Source: Candidatus Micrarchaeota archaeon
GTDB taxonomy: Archaea; Micrarchaeota; Micrarchaeia; Micrarchaeales; CABMGC01
Assembly (NCBI GenBank): GCA_021792095.1
Contig: JAJYVH010000001.1
Location: forward strand, 225,584 to 289,583
Direction: 5' to 3'
Length of the DNA: 64,000 nt
Of this stretch, positions 46,680 to 56,333 are shown one piece after another (the first letter of the stretch is position 1; the number at the start of each line of letters is the position of its first letter). Both the position numbers and the translations under genes were made by a program. The notes beneath the pieces are model-generated. The model worked only from the letters and a program-made list of their open reading frames with translations. It was not told the DNA's origin and did no database searches.

Positions 46680-47237
46680 TTATAACCCTTGCACGCCGCC
46701 AAGCGCCTCACGCACAGTCCGTATTAGCATAGGGTAATAATCGCGTTGCACATACTTCTTGGAAAGTTCTGGGTCATTTACTTCCTTTTCGAACTTGTCC
46801 AAAGGGATAAACTCTACCGACTCAACCTCGTCCTTTTGCAGCGTCTGCGGCAGAGCGTCGTGCTTTAGCAGGTAGACTCGATAGACGTGCCTGTTATGAT
46901 AGCCTGGTTTTGGGTCAACGCTAACCCTTGACGCCCAAATCTCTTTCAGTTCTTTGGCGTCGGCTTTTATGTTCAGCTCCTCTTCAAGTTCCCTGAGCGC
47001 TGCCTGTATCGGCGTTTCTCCGGCAGACACGTGTCCTGCGGCCGATATGTCCAGGAGTCCGGGGAAGCTTTCTTTTGACATAGAACGTTTTTGCAAAAGT
47101 ATCTCTCCTTTTGAGTCGTATATCCATACGTCTACCGTCTGGTGTCACAGCCCCTCTCTGTGGGCAGCATCCTTAGAAACAGTATACCCGAGCTTGTTGC
47201 CGTGTTCGTCAACAACATCCAACAGTTCGGCTGGCAT
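46680..47237 (-). pseudogene. NUDIX hydrolase (IDI-1-like) interrupted by an in-frame TGA at codon 31
   Basis: MPAELLDVVDE..H.EGL*HQTVDVWI..LLQKRS..AAGH..GET...A.RELEEEL. TGA at 47145-47147. Confidence 0.8.
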
Positions 47238-47288
47238 GTAGGTCAAGTACAATATTAATATTATGCATTTATAGACTTTCAATAAACG

Positions 47289-48548
47289 TTGATTTCTTTG
47301 GAGATCCAGTTCCTAGGCGGCGCAAGCGAGGTGGGCAGGTCCGCCATCCTGCTGGACGGCTCGAAACGCATAATGCTCGACCACGGGGTGAAGCTGGACC
47401 ACAAAACTCAGTATCCGGCCCGCACGGAGCCGGTAGACGCCTGCGTGCTGAGCCACGCACACCTGGACCACAGCGGCAACGTGCCCTTCCTGTATAGGGG
47501 CGCGTTCCCCGTTACTTACGGCACGGAGCCCACCAGGGAGCTCAGCACCCTGCTGATAGAGGACTCGCTCAAGATAGGCAGGAAGGAGCACCTGCCCCCA
47601 AGGTTCTCTAAGCACGACCTGAACAACATGCTGACCCACTATGCTCCCTACGAGTACGGCAGCGAGATAGACCTGGGCGAGTACACTGTAACGCTGCACG
47701 ACGCCGGGCACATAAGCGGCAGCGCCATAACCGAGCTGCGAAGCGGGAAGAGCGGCAAGACAATAGTCTATACTGGCGACTTCAAGCTCGAGCCGCAGCT
47801 GCTCCATGAGGGGGCTGAGATAGTGAGGAGCGACGTGCTAATAACCGAGACCACGTATGCGGGCAGGGAGCACCCGGACAGGGGCGAGCTGATAGGCAGG
47901 TTCGTGGACGAAGTCAAGCAGACCCTGGACGCCGGGGGCATAGCCCTGGTGCCAAGCTTCGCGGTCGGAAGGGCACAGGAGTTGCTCGCAATACTCCACA
48001 GGGCCGGCCTCTCCGATTTCGTGTTCATGGACGGGATGGCCAGGAAGGCCACCGAGATAGTGATGCGCTACGGCAGCTTCATAAGGAACAGTGGCCTGTT
48101 GCGCGACGCGCTGGACAGGATAACGGTGGTGGGCAGCGGCGAGCACAGGCACGACGCGGTGAGCGGCCCCAGCATAATACTTACTACAGCAGGCATGCTG
48201 AACGGCGGCCCTGTGCTGAACTACCTGACGCAGCTCAACCCGCTGTCCAAGATATTCCTGACCGGCTACCAGGTCGAGGGCACGAACGGCAGGAAGCTCA
48301 TGGAAGGCAAGCCGATCTCGCTGGACGGCAGGAAGGAGCGCATAAGGACGCCGTGGGTATACTACGACTTCTCGGCCCATTCGGGCAGCAGGGATCTCAA
48401 CGAGTACATAAGGAAGAGCAATCCCGAGGTGGTGGTCTGCGTGCATGGGGAGAAGCTGAGCGCTGAGGCGTTCGCGGAGCAGCTGAAGGCAGACGGCTTC
48501 AAGACTCACGTGCCCAGGCTGGGGGAAAGCCTCCGGCTAGACGTATGA
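47289..48548 (+). CDS. Metallo-beta-lactamase/beta-CASP ribonuclease
   Basis: FLGGASEVGRS, HAHLDHSG, AGHI.GS, YTGD, FSAH, VHGE. Confidence 0.93.
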   Translation: MISLEIQFLGGASEVGRSAILLDGSKRIMLDHGVKLDHKTQYPARTEPVDACVLSHAHLDHSGNVPFLYRGAFPVTYGTEPTRELSTLLIEDSLKIGRKEHLPPRFSKHDLNNMLTHYAPYEYGSEIDLGEYTVTLHDAGHISGSAITELRSGKSGKTIVYTGDFKLEPQLLHEGAEIVRSDVLITETTYAGREHPDRGELIGRFVDEVKQTLDAGGIALVPSFAVGRAQELLAILHRAGLSDFVFMDGMARKATEIVMRYGSFIRNSGLLRDALDRITVVGSGEHRHDAVSGPSIILTTAGMLNGGPVLNYLTQLNPLSKIFLTGYQVEGTNGRKLMEGKPISLDGRKERIRTPWVYYDFSAHSGSRDLNEYIRKSNPEVVVCVHGEKLSAEAFAEQLKADGFKTHVPRLGESLRLDV

Positions 48549-48572
48549 GGAACGGGCAAAGGGTCGTCGGGC

Positions 48573-48869
48573 TTATTCCTTGCCCACGACTTCTATCTTG
48601 CCGTACTTGCCGGTGCTCAGCTGCGGGTTGCCCTTGAACTCGCTCACGTAGCCGTTGGTTATCTTTACCTTGTCGCCAACGCTCACCAGGTCGATGTTCG
48701 CCTCCCAGAGCGAGATGGCAATGCTTCCGGAGTCGTCGCTTATCACGGCATCGGCCACCTTCAGCGGCTTGCCGAACTTCGTCACAACTTCCCTAGGTTC
48801 TCCCTTCTCAGTGATCACGCCTTCAAGTTCTACGCTAGTAGCACCTGCTTTCAGTTCAGAGATCTTCAT
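48573..48869 (-). CDS. ssb: Single OB-fold ssDNA-binding protein
   Basis: MKISELK, D.SGSI..SLW, GD.V.I.NGY...F.G. Confidence 0.88.
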   Translation of the reverse strand: MKISELKAGATSVELEGVITEKGEPREVVTKFGKPLKVADAVISDDSGSIAISLWEANIDLVSVGDKVKITNGYVSEFKGNPQLSTGKYGKIEVVGKE

Positions 48870-49198
48870 TTCTTCACCGTGAGCTAGATTATACAGGGCA
48901 AGGTATAATAAGGAATGCTCGTTTCCGGGCCAAAATTCCGCTAAAGGCGTAGAATGGCATTGTATGCGTGTAAAGGTCTCAAAACCACAATGCTTTTAAA
49001 GTAATGAATTTCATTAGAAGGTGCGAAGGTTAGTTTATGGTATTTAGATTAAATGTGAAGTTTCAAGCATACAAAGGCAAGAAGGTGTTGGTTATGAGTC
49101 CTCCTAGCGATACCAGTTGCCCAAGATTGCTTGTGTTCGGTTCTGGCACCATTGTCAAGGATGACTTCAATGGTAATGTTGCTTTAAAGAAGCCCCTT

Positions 49199-50239
49199 CT
49201 AGAGAGAATCAGTGCTTTGTGATTCTTTAGAAGCGACGAACTTTTTATACGTGGAATACTCTTCTAAGTGGAAAGGCCACTTTCCAGCAAGCACCCCTGT
49301 AAGCACTGCCTTTTCCACTCTCGGGGCCTCTTTTTCCCAGATTGTGCTCAACATGTCAGGACCCCGCCTGATTAGAGACTCCCCGCTTGTAAAAGCGCAA
49401 ATATGAAACACATCCCAAGTTCCGTTTGTATTTAGAACCAATGGATAGTCGTTTACTATCTCGTGCACGTTTTCAGTCAAAATTTCTTTAGCGAAAGACA
49501 GAGATAGTGCTCCCCATTCTTTGATAGGGATTAAGGTCACACCATACGCTAGCAATACGCCCTTATCAGGTTTCTGAGTAAGTGCAGAAAATTTCTTTAT
49601 AATGCCTGTCTGCCTGAGTTTTTTGACCAAATAGATTATTTTATTAGAGGTTAATTTGGTTTTCTTTGACAGCTCGCTCAGCTTCATTCTGGAATCATTG
49701 TTCAGTGTAGTCAGAATCATCTTTTCGGCTTTAGACAGGACTGCGCTTTCGTTTATCAACTCGCTTCTCAACGGCAAGAAACCGATGTAGCTGTTTGATA
49801 CTGATGCAGTCTTGAATATAGGCGCATAATCCCCTAAGTCAGTGCGCAACTTCCATTGCCAACGCTGGAAGTCCTGCGGGCTAAGCCCTATGACATAAAG
49901 AAGCAGATCAAAATCTCCTTCTGCCAGATACGCATCTTGGACAAACACGTCCTTCTTGAACAGCTCTTCCAAAAACTCGAGTGTCGGCCTTACTTTAAAT
50001 TTCAACGTAACTATCCTTCCTTCAGCAAAACCGAGTTTTGTTTCGTCAAGTTCCAATGTATAAAACAAAGCGTAGTTTTTTTCCAGTTCCTTTATAGTAG
50101 ACTGCACTACGTGATACGATATGCCTAGCTCGTTCCCGAGCTTTCTCAATGATATGCGTGAGTCCTTGTAGAGGGCCATCAGAAGCTTGTACGGGAGCTC
50201 CCTCTCTACGAACTCTTGCGTCTCTTTGGCAGCCGGCAT
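49199..50239 (-). CDS. Duplicated Lrp/AsnC-family transcriptional regulator
   Basis: Two HTH modules (DSRISLRKLG; NDSRMKLSELS), each followed by a RAM-like domain (GDFDLL; GTWDV). More AT-rich than the flanks. Confidence 0.85.
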   Translation of the reverse strand: MPAAKETQEFVERELPYKLLMALYKDSRISLRKLGNELGISYHVVQSTIKELEKNYALFYTLELDETKLGFAEGRIVTLKFKVRPTLEFLEELFKKDVFVQDAYLAEGDFDLLLYVIGLSPQDFQRWQWKLRTDLGDYAPIFKTASVSNSYIGFLPLRSELINESAVLSKAEKMILTTLNNDSRMKLSELSKKTKLTSNKIIYLVKKLRQTGIIKKFSALTQKPDKGVLLAYGVTLIPIKEWGALSLSFAKEILTENVHEIVNDYPLVLNTNGTWDVFHICAFTSGESLIRRGPDMLSTIWEKEAPRVEKAVLTGVLAGKWPFHLEEYSTYKKFVASKESQSTDSL

Positions 50240-50498
50240 ATCATCAATCTCAAAATCTAAATAATATTGTCATAATTTGAATTATTTATTCAAATACATA
50301 TACTTTTGTTCCCAAACATATAAATACCCCTGGGTGCACATACTATCAATCGTGGGGCGATGAACTCTACGGTTATACTGTCGAGGTGTGCGGGCTTATT
50401 TCTTGAGATACCCACTCCTAACATCCCATCCCACCGCGCACCTCTCTTTTATTTGACAAATAGCGAGCTCTAGCCCCGCTCTCCACAAGGCGCACATT

Positions 50499-50777
50499 AT
50501 GGCCGCGAAACAAAGCATAAGAAGGAAGGCATCAGACGAAAGCTTCATACTGATAAGGCCCGCCTATCCCCAGAATTCGGATACGGTGGCCAAGGCCATA
50601 GCTGCATGCCGGGGCGTAAGGAAAGTGTTCTTCACTAGCGGCGACTACGGCTTCGTGGTGCACACCAGCGGCGGAGTCAAGTACGCCCCTGAGGCGGTGC
50701 ACGATGCGGTGTCGAAGGCGACCCGCGGCTCGGAAACGACACTGATAAAAGGGCATTATGTGTATTCGATCCTGTGA
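50499..50777 (+). CDS. Stand-alone Lrp/AsnC ligand-binding (RAM)-like domain
   Basis: FILIRP...IA...GV.KVF.TSGDYGFVV pattern. Confidence 0.6.
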   Translation: MAAKQSIRRKASDESFILIRPAYPQNSDTVAKAIAACRGVRKVFFTSGDYGFVVHTSGGVKYAPEAVHDAVSKATRGSETTLIKGHYVYSIL

Positions 50778-50794
50778 TTCGTGGGGTGCAACAA

Positions 50795-50953
50795 ATGGAC
50801 AAGAAGCTTCTATATAGGTTCCTCGGCAGGCATGCGCAGCATGAAGCCTCGCTGCCAGGCAAGGACCAAGACGAGAACAGGAAGGTCGCCTTCGTCCCTG
50901 ACGGCGAGAATTCGTGGCGCGTCGTGTGGGCTGACGAGGTAGTGAAGAAGTAA
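50795..50953 (+). CDS. Small 52-aa hypothetical protein
   Basis: Below the ORF-track cutoff; strong GGGGTG SD; MDKKLLYRF...SWRVVWADEVVKK. Confidence 0.55.
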   Translation: MDKKLLYRFLGRHAQHEASLPGKDQDENRKVAFVPDGENSWRVVWADEVVKK

Positions 50954-50989
50954 ACTAAACTTGTATCACGAAAATCTCAGCAGACGTGT

Positions 50990-51358
50990 TCAGATGACGC
51001 AAACACCATCTGGCATCCGCTGTGTTTTTGCGACCGCTATGCCTGTTTCTGATAGCACCAACTTTATGTACTCATGCAGTGCCAGCCTCCTGGCATCGCA
51101 GAACTCTTTTGACTTTCCTCAGTGCCTCAAGTCTCTGTAGTAATCCAGCGATTCTTTTGCGCATCCGCCACCGCGTTTCACCGGGCACGATTCGCATTCC
51201 ACTAAATTTGTGGCGTCCCTAAGCGAGACCACCTTGTGAAGCCTCCGTCTATCCAGTTCAAGGTGATATCTTCCGCTGGAGTTGACTATCCTTCCCACCT
51301 TCACCTGCTCCATAGGATCGTCGCAGAGGTAGAGTGAATTGCCCGGAGCAATGGACAT
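50990..51358 (-). pseudogene. Radical SAM SPASM-domain remnant
   Basis: I.PGN.LY.C...VG.I...CESCPVKRGGGC...*...FC. No radical SAM core; internal TGA at 51119. Confidence 0.55.
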
Positions 51359-51801
51359 GGTGCGCCCTTCTTAGCCACTCTGACAAGCTCATTCATTGCC
51401 TTCCTCCTGTTATCCCTGCCATACACAAGTGAGATCGGCCCGCCCAGGCAAAGCACAGCGTCAAACGTATCGCTACCGAATCTGGAGAGATCTGTTATAG
51501 TTCCCTGAGCCAGGCTCTTGATCTTCCCTTTGGTGTCAGTCTTAATTATCTCAGCCTGCGCAGCTTTCAGGTTCTCTTTAGACAGGTCAAGCAGCACAGC
51601 ATCGTAGCCCCTCATCGCGAGACTTACTGTGTATGTGCCTGTACCCCCTCCTGCGTCTAGTATGGTGCCTTTCTTCGGCAGGTACTTGTTCAGGAACCTG
51701 AATGTAGTGTCATACTCTAACCTGTGGTACGGATCCTTAGTAAGCCTCGTCATCTCATATTTCCAATATTTGGCATACAGCCTGCTTACGTCCTTTATCA
51801 C
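51301..51801 (-). pseudogene. Class I SAM-dependent methyltransferase, apparently 3'-truncated
   Basis: ILDAGGGTG, DLS, FDAVLCLGG. Recognisable similarity ends at RVAKKGAP. Confidence 0.65.
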
Positions 51802-51843
51802 ATTATCGTCGAGTCACTTATCACGCCATTCGCCCAACTCTCC

Positions 51844-52176
51844 CTAACCACTATGCGCCAGTTTCTCGTAGGCTTCCTTCAGGCTCCTTATGGTGCCCGA
51901 CGTCCTTATCGTCCTGAATCCTGTCTGCCTGTCGTCCAGCCTCTTTATGAATGTGAGCGCGAGCGTCAGGCTGTGCTCGTAGCCCCTGTTCAGGCTCAGT
52001 ATGAAGAACTTGTCGCTCAGCTGGGCGGCAACGCGCGCGTTCGCCCTGAAGTACTCCAGCTCTCCCATGAACTTGGCCAGTTCCCGGGCCAGCGCGTCCT
52101 CCGCGTTCCTGCTGCCGAGGTCCAGCGGCGAGCTGCTCTCCACGAGCAGATAGCGCAGCTTCCTCCTGTAAATCAT
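51844..52176 (-). CDS. rnp2: RNase P protein Pop5 (Rpp14/Pop5)
   Basis: RRKLRYLL...TIRTSGTIRSLK. Confidence 0.85.
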   Translation of the reverse strand: MIYRRKLRYLLVESSSPLDLGSRNAEDALARELAKFMGELEYFRANARVAAQLSDKFFILSLNRGYEHSLTLALTFIKRLDDRQTGFRTIRTSGTIRSLKEAYEKLAHSG

Positions 52177-52688
52177 AGTGCCTCACCCAGCGCGCCTAGC
52201 GCGCGTTCCGCAACCCTGTCGCTCATGCCCAGGAGCTTTGCTATGCCGAGCATCTGCTGCGCAGACATCATGCAGTCCACGCTACCCGCCATGCTAGCTA
52301 TCGCTAGTGGCGCTTTGTGCATCATCGCCTCCCTCACTGCGCCCTTCGCCCTGCGCAGCGCCCTGCCCCTCTCTACCTCGCCCGCGCACGTTACCTGCGC
52401 CAGCGGTATGAGCAGCGGCTTGCCCATCTCCCTCAGCAGCTCGAGCTCCTTGCCGTTCAGGCTTCTTTCTGTAGCCAGGGCGGCTACCGCATCGCTGCGC
52501 CTGATCCCTCGCGACAGCGCCTCTGCGCTGCTCCCCGCCACTATCCTTTTCATCCTGCCGGGCTGCTGCGCCATGTCTTCCAGCAGCTCAACGTCGCTGC
52601 CCAGGCAGAATATGCGCCTGAAACCGAGCCTCTTTGCCGCTTCGCCTGCCATTTCCTTAGGCACGGCGACCAGGTCGAAGTAAGCCAT
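52173..52688 (-). CDS. rnp3: RNase P protein Rpp30-like (short, divergent)
   Basis: YFDL, A.RLGF, and PLAIAS.A....M.S..Q..LGM motifs; adjacent to Pop5. Confidence 0.7.
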   Translation of the reverse strand: MAYFDLVAVPKEMAGEAAKRLGFRRIFCLGSDVELLEDMAQQPGRMKRIVAGSSAEALSRGIRRSDAVAALATERSLNGKELELLREMGKPLLIPLAQVTCAGEVERGRALRRAKGAVREAMMHKAPLAIASMAGSVDCMMSAQQMLGIAKLLGMSDRVAERALGALGEAL

Positions 52689-52692
52689 GGGC

Positions 52693-53928
52693 TCAGGCCT
52701 TGTCCTCGGTTGCGGCTCCAGTGCCCTTCGCCTCGTTCTCGGCGAAGAGGCTCCTCTCTATCGTCTCCTTTATCTTCTCGGCCACGTACGCGAGCTTGAT
52801 GAGCTTGGTGTGCCCCCTGATGCCCTTGCCCGACTCGTACGTGTCTATGAGCCCCTGCATCTCCAGGTCAGAGATGTACTTCCTGTACCACCTGCTGCTC
52901 TTGGGCTCCTTGCTGAGCGAGTGCGCTATGCTCGTGTACTTGTTGTACACTTCGCCGCTGAATATGTATGTGTCGTCGCCGTCCACCAGCTTCTTGTACC
53001 TGCCCCCCTGCAGCGAGAGCAGCGAGACGGCGTATAGCACCAGCTTCTGGTGCTCGGGCAGCGTGGCTATGACCTCGTACGCCACCTCCTCCTCCGCGTC
53101 CTTCTCGGCCTCCATGACCTCCTGCTCGCCCATCCTGCTCTTCCCCTCCTCCTCGGTGAGCTCTCCGGCCCTCGAGAGTATCTTGAGCGCCAGCCTCGCG
53201 TCGCCGCTCTCCTTGGCGGCTATGGCGGCCACGAGGTTGAGCACGTCGTCGCCAACCACGCCCTGCTTGAAGCCGCCCGCGGCGCGATCTTTCACTATTG
53301 CTGCAAGCTCCGTGGAGTTGTACGGCGGGAACACAAGCTCGTGCTCGTAGAGCGTGGACAGGCTCCTGGGGTCGAGCAGTTCCTTGAAATCTATCCTGTT
53401 GCTTATGCCCACTATCGTTATGCCCCCGGAGCGTATGTCGCTGTTCGCCCTTGTCAGCGTATACACGAGGTCGTCCAGGTCCTTGACCATGTCTATCTCG
53501 TCAAGTACCGCGACAAGCACCTTGCCGTCCTCCTCCACCCAGTTTATTATCTTCTCGTATATCTCAACGAGCCCGTAGCCGCGCTTCGCGAGGAAGGGCA
53601 GGTGGTCGCTTATTATCTTGCTCAGCACCCTGTATCTTGAGTTGTATATCCTGCAGTTTATGTATGATATCTTGGCCTTCGCGGCGGCCAGCGACCGCAC
53701 TTCCTCGATTACATGCCTTACGCATGAAGTCTTGCCAGTGCCCGTCTTGCCGTAGATGAACACGTTCCTGCCGCGTTCTCCCTTCAACGACGGGGCTAGT
53801 GCCTTGACTATGCTCTCCATCTGCTTGTCCCTGAAGAGCAGGTTCTGCGGCAGGTAGTGGGGCGAGAGGACTTCGCGGTTTGCGAATATCTTCGATTCCT
53901 TGAACAGCGATGCGAATCTCTCGTCCAT
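52693..53928 (-). CDS. cdc6: Orc1/Cdc6 replication initiator
   Basis: GKTGTGKT, VLDEID, FPPY, GDAR, C-terminal winged helix. Confidence 0.95.
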   Translation of the reverse strand: MDERFASLFKESKIFANREVLSPHYLPQNLLFRDKQMESIVKALAPSLKGERGRNVFIYGKTGTGKTSCVRHVIEEVRSLAAAKAKISYINCRIYNSRYRVLSKIISDHLPFLAKRGYGLVEIYEKIINWVEEDGKVLVAVLDEIDMVKDLDDLVYTLTRANSDIRSGGITIVGISNRIDFKELLDPRSLSTLYEHELVFPPYNSTELAAIVKDRAAGGFKQGVVGDDVLNLVAAIAAKESGDARLALKILSRAGELTEEEGKSRMGEQEVMEAEKDAEEEVAYEVIATLPEHQKLVLYAVSLLSLQGGRYKKLVDGDDTYIFSGEVYNKYTSIAHSLSKEPKSSRWYRKYISDLEMQGLIDTYESGKGIRGHTKLIKLAYVAEKIKETIERSLFAENEAKGTGAATEDKA

Positions 53929-54749
53929 CAGCGTCCCCCGTTAACCAATCTCTTTGCTATGCTTATAAACTCTTCTTTTATCTCGGCATCCTCGGCCACG
54001 GCGACCCTCCCGGAGTCGCTGAATTCGTCGAATTTCTTGTCTGCCTTCACTGTGCCGAGCACCTCACAGCGGAGCGCCCCCGCCACTACATTCGCCCCGG
54101 TGGGCGTGCCGCCCGACATATTCTCCACCACGCCGATTATGGGTACGCCTAGCCGCCTTGCCATCAGCCCTGACCTCACCGCGTTGACTGCGGCTATCTG
54201 CTGCGGCGTTGTCACTATCACGAAGCCGTCCATCTCGAGCAGCTGCATTATGGAAAGGTTGGAGTCGCTGGTCCCTGGGCTGCAGTCGAGTATCAGGTAG
54301 TCGAGCTCGCCCCAGTCGGTCGCCTCCAGGAACTCGCCCAGCATCTTCGCCACCATGGGCCCGCGCCATATTATGGGCCTCTTGGCCTCATCCACGAACA
54401 TGGCCGTGGAAATGACCTTGACGCCGTCCTTCTCCAGCGGCTTGAGCGGGTATTCGGGCTCCCCCGCCTGCCTTATGCCTAGGAAGAGGTGCAGGTTTGG
54501 GCAGTCTATGTCAGCGTCGAGCAGGCCCACCCTGTAGCCCATGTCTTTGAGCGCGAAGGCGAGGTTCACTGCTATCGTCGTCTTGCCGACGCCTCCCTTG
54601 GCGCTGTAGACGCCTATCCTGTGCTTCACTCCGGCAAGCGCCTGCTTCACGCGCTGCCTCTGCTTCACCACGTTCAGTATCGACGGGTGCGTCACGTTCA
54701 CTGTGGCGTTGCCTATTTTTGCAGTTGCGGCTCCTTCTTCACCTGGCAT
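53928..54749 (-). CDS. Mrp/NBP35-family P-loop ATPase
   Basis: KGGVGKTT, IIWRG, WGELDYLILD.SPGT, VTTPQ, VENMS. Start placed at MPGEE. Confidence 0.88.
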   Translation of the reverse strand: MPGEEGAATAKIGNATVNVTHPSILNVVKQRQRVKQALAGVKHRIGVYSAKGGVGKTTIAVNLAFALKDMGYRVGLLDADIDCPNLHLFLGIRQAGEPEYPLKPLEKDGVKVISTAMFVDEAKRPIIWRGPMVAKMLGEFLEATDWGELDYLILDCSPGTSDSNLSIMQLLEMDGFVIVTTPQQIAAVNAVRSGLMARRLGVPIIGVVENMSGGTPTGANVVAGALRCEVLGTVKADKKFDEFSDSGRVAVAEDAEIKEEFISIAKRLVNGGR

Positions 54750-54925
54750 GGAATCTGCAAAAGCAGGTTTGCCAATGCAAGTATAATAATGCCTGCGTGG
54801 AAACGGCAGAAGCGCGGCGCCCTTCCCTTGACTCACGTCAAAAGCAAACCTATTTAATAACAAACCGCCAATAGCTACATTGCTTTTACGCTTCAGAGAG
54901 TAGAGTACTATTTGTCGGTGTAATT

Positions 54926-55621
54926 GTGTATCCAAACATACAAGCGTATGATAGGGGAGTGATGTTCAACCCCGACGGCAGGCTCTTCCAAGTGGAGTAC
55001 GCGAAGTCTGCAGTGACCAGGGGCGGGGCTGTCGTTGGCATGGTGACAAAGGACGGGGTTGCCTTCGTGGCGCACAAGAACGTAGACGACCCGCTAGTGG
55101 TGCCCTCTAGCATGCAGAAGGTGTTCAGGATAGATTCACACATAGGCGCTGCGTACAGCGGAATGGTGGCCGATGGCCTCCACCTCGTGGAGGAGACAAG
55201 GTCGGCAGCCCAGAGCCACAGGCTAGTTTACAACGAGGTCAAGTCGGTTGAGGCGATAGCGAAGGCGCTCTCCTCGACCATGCTGCAGGCGACGTTCTAC
55301 GGGGGCGTTAGGCCCTACGGCGTGTCGCTCCTGCTGGGCGGCATAGACAGCGAGAGGAAGCTCTTCGAGGTGGACCCGGCCGGCTCGCTGCTGGGCTACA
55401 AGGCCGATTCAATAGGTTCAGGCAAGAAGATAGCCACGGACATACTCAACAAGGAGTACAAGGACACAATAAGCACCGACGACGCTATAAATCTCGGCAT
55501 AAAGATACTGAACAAGATAAACGAGGGCAAGCTCACCGGAGACCGCGTCGACATAGGCTACATAGAGTCCGGCGGAGAGTTCTCGGTGCTTTCAGAGCAG
55601 GAGATATCGAAATATTTCTGA
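54926..55621 (+). CDS. psmA: Proteasome subunit alpha
   Basis: YDRGVMFNPDGRLFQVEYA, RPYGVS. Confidence 0.97.
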   Translation: MYPNIQAYDRGVMFNPDGRLFQVEYAKSAVTRGGAVVGMVTKDGVAFVAHKNVDDPLVVPSSMQKVFRIDSHIGAAYSGMVADGLHLVEETRSAAQSHRLVYNEVKSVEAIAKALSSTMLQATFYGGVRPYGVSLLLGGIDSERKLFEVDPAGSLLGYKADSIGSGKKIATDILNKEYKDTISTDDAINLGIKILNKINEGKLTGDRVDIGYIESGGEFSVLSEQEISKYF

Positions 55622-55634
55622 TTTGTGAGAATTT

Positions 55635-56321
55635 ATGTCTAAGACAGTGATCGCCAAGTATGCTGCGCAGGGAGAAACCTTCGAAATCCTCGTGGATTCT
55701 GACAAGGCGTACGCCTACATAACGGGTAAGCTTCCGGACCCGCTCTCGGCACTGGAAGTGGAGGACGTATTCAGGGACGCCAACAAGGGGGACAGGCAGA
55801 GCCAGGACAAGCTGAAGAAGGTGTTCGGCACCGAGGACCTTAGCAAGATAGCCGGCGTTATACTGAAAAGCGGCAACGTGCCGCTCACCACTGAGCAGCG
55901 CAGCAGGATGCTTGAGGAGAAGAGGAAGCAGATAGTGAACATAATAGCGACCAACGCCATAGATCCGAGGACCAACGCGCCCCATCCCGCGCTTAGGATA
56001 GAGAACGCTATGAAGGAGGCCAGGGTAAACGTAGACCCGTTCAAGCCTGCCACGGAGCAGGTGGACGCCATAGTCAAGAAGCTGAGCACGCAGCTGCCCC
56101 TCAAGTTCTCCGTGGTGAAGATGGAGGTGACCATACCCGTGCAGTACGCGAACAGGTGCTACGGCCTGCTCAAGCAGTACGGGCTCAAGTCAGAGAGGTA
56201 CCTTCAGGACGGCTCGCTCCAGGCGAGCCTCGAGTTCCCGGCGGGGCTCCAGAGCGAGTTCTTCGACAAGCTCAACGGCGCCACGAAGGGTTCTGCTGTC
56301 GCTAATATAACAAGCGTATAA
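55635..56321 (+). CDS. Ribosome maturation factor SBDS
   Basis: FEILVD, TTEQR, DPRT.APHP. Confidence 0.95.
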   Translation: MSKTVIAKYAAQGETFEILVDSDKAYAYITGKLPDPLSALEVEDVFRDANKGDRQSQDKLKKVFGTEDLSKIAGVILKSGNVPLTTEQRSRMLEEKRKQIVNIIATNAIDPRTNAPHPALRIENAMKEARVNVDPFKPATEQVDAIVKKLSTQLPLKFSVVKMEVTIPVQYANRCYGLLKQYGLKSERYLQDGSLQASLEFPAGLQSEFFDKLNGATKGSAVANITSV

Positions 56322-56333
56322 AAAGTGTATAGA

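Noticed and set aside
47145..47147. Genome-wide TGA recoding or selenocysteine
   Set aside because: Many conserved genes end at TGA at expected lengths; the position is not a Cys site and I see no SECIS.
49037..49222. 61-aa plus-strand ORF
   Set aside because: No motif and overlaps the Lrp gene end; cannot be supported as a gene.
52693..54925. Replication origin next to cdc6
   Set aside because: cdc6 is embedded in an operon; no ORB repeats or sizeable AT-rich gap seen.
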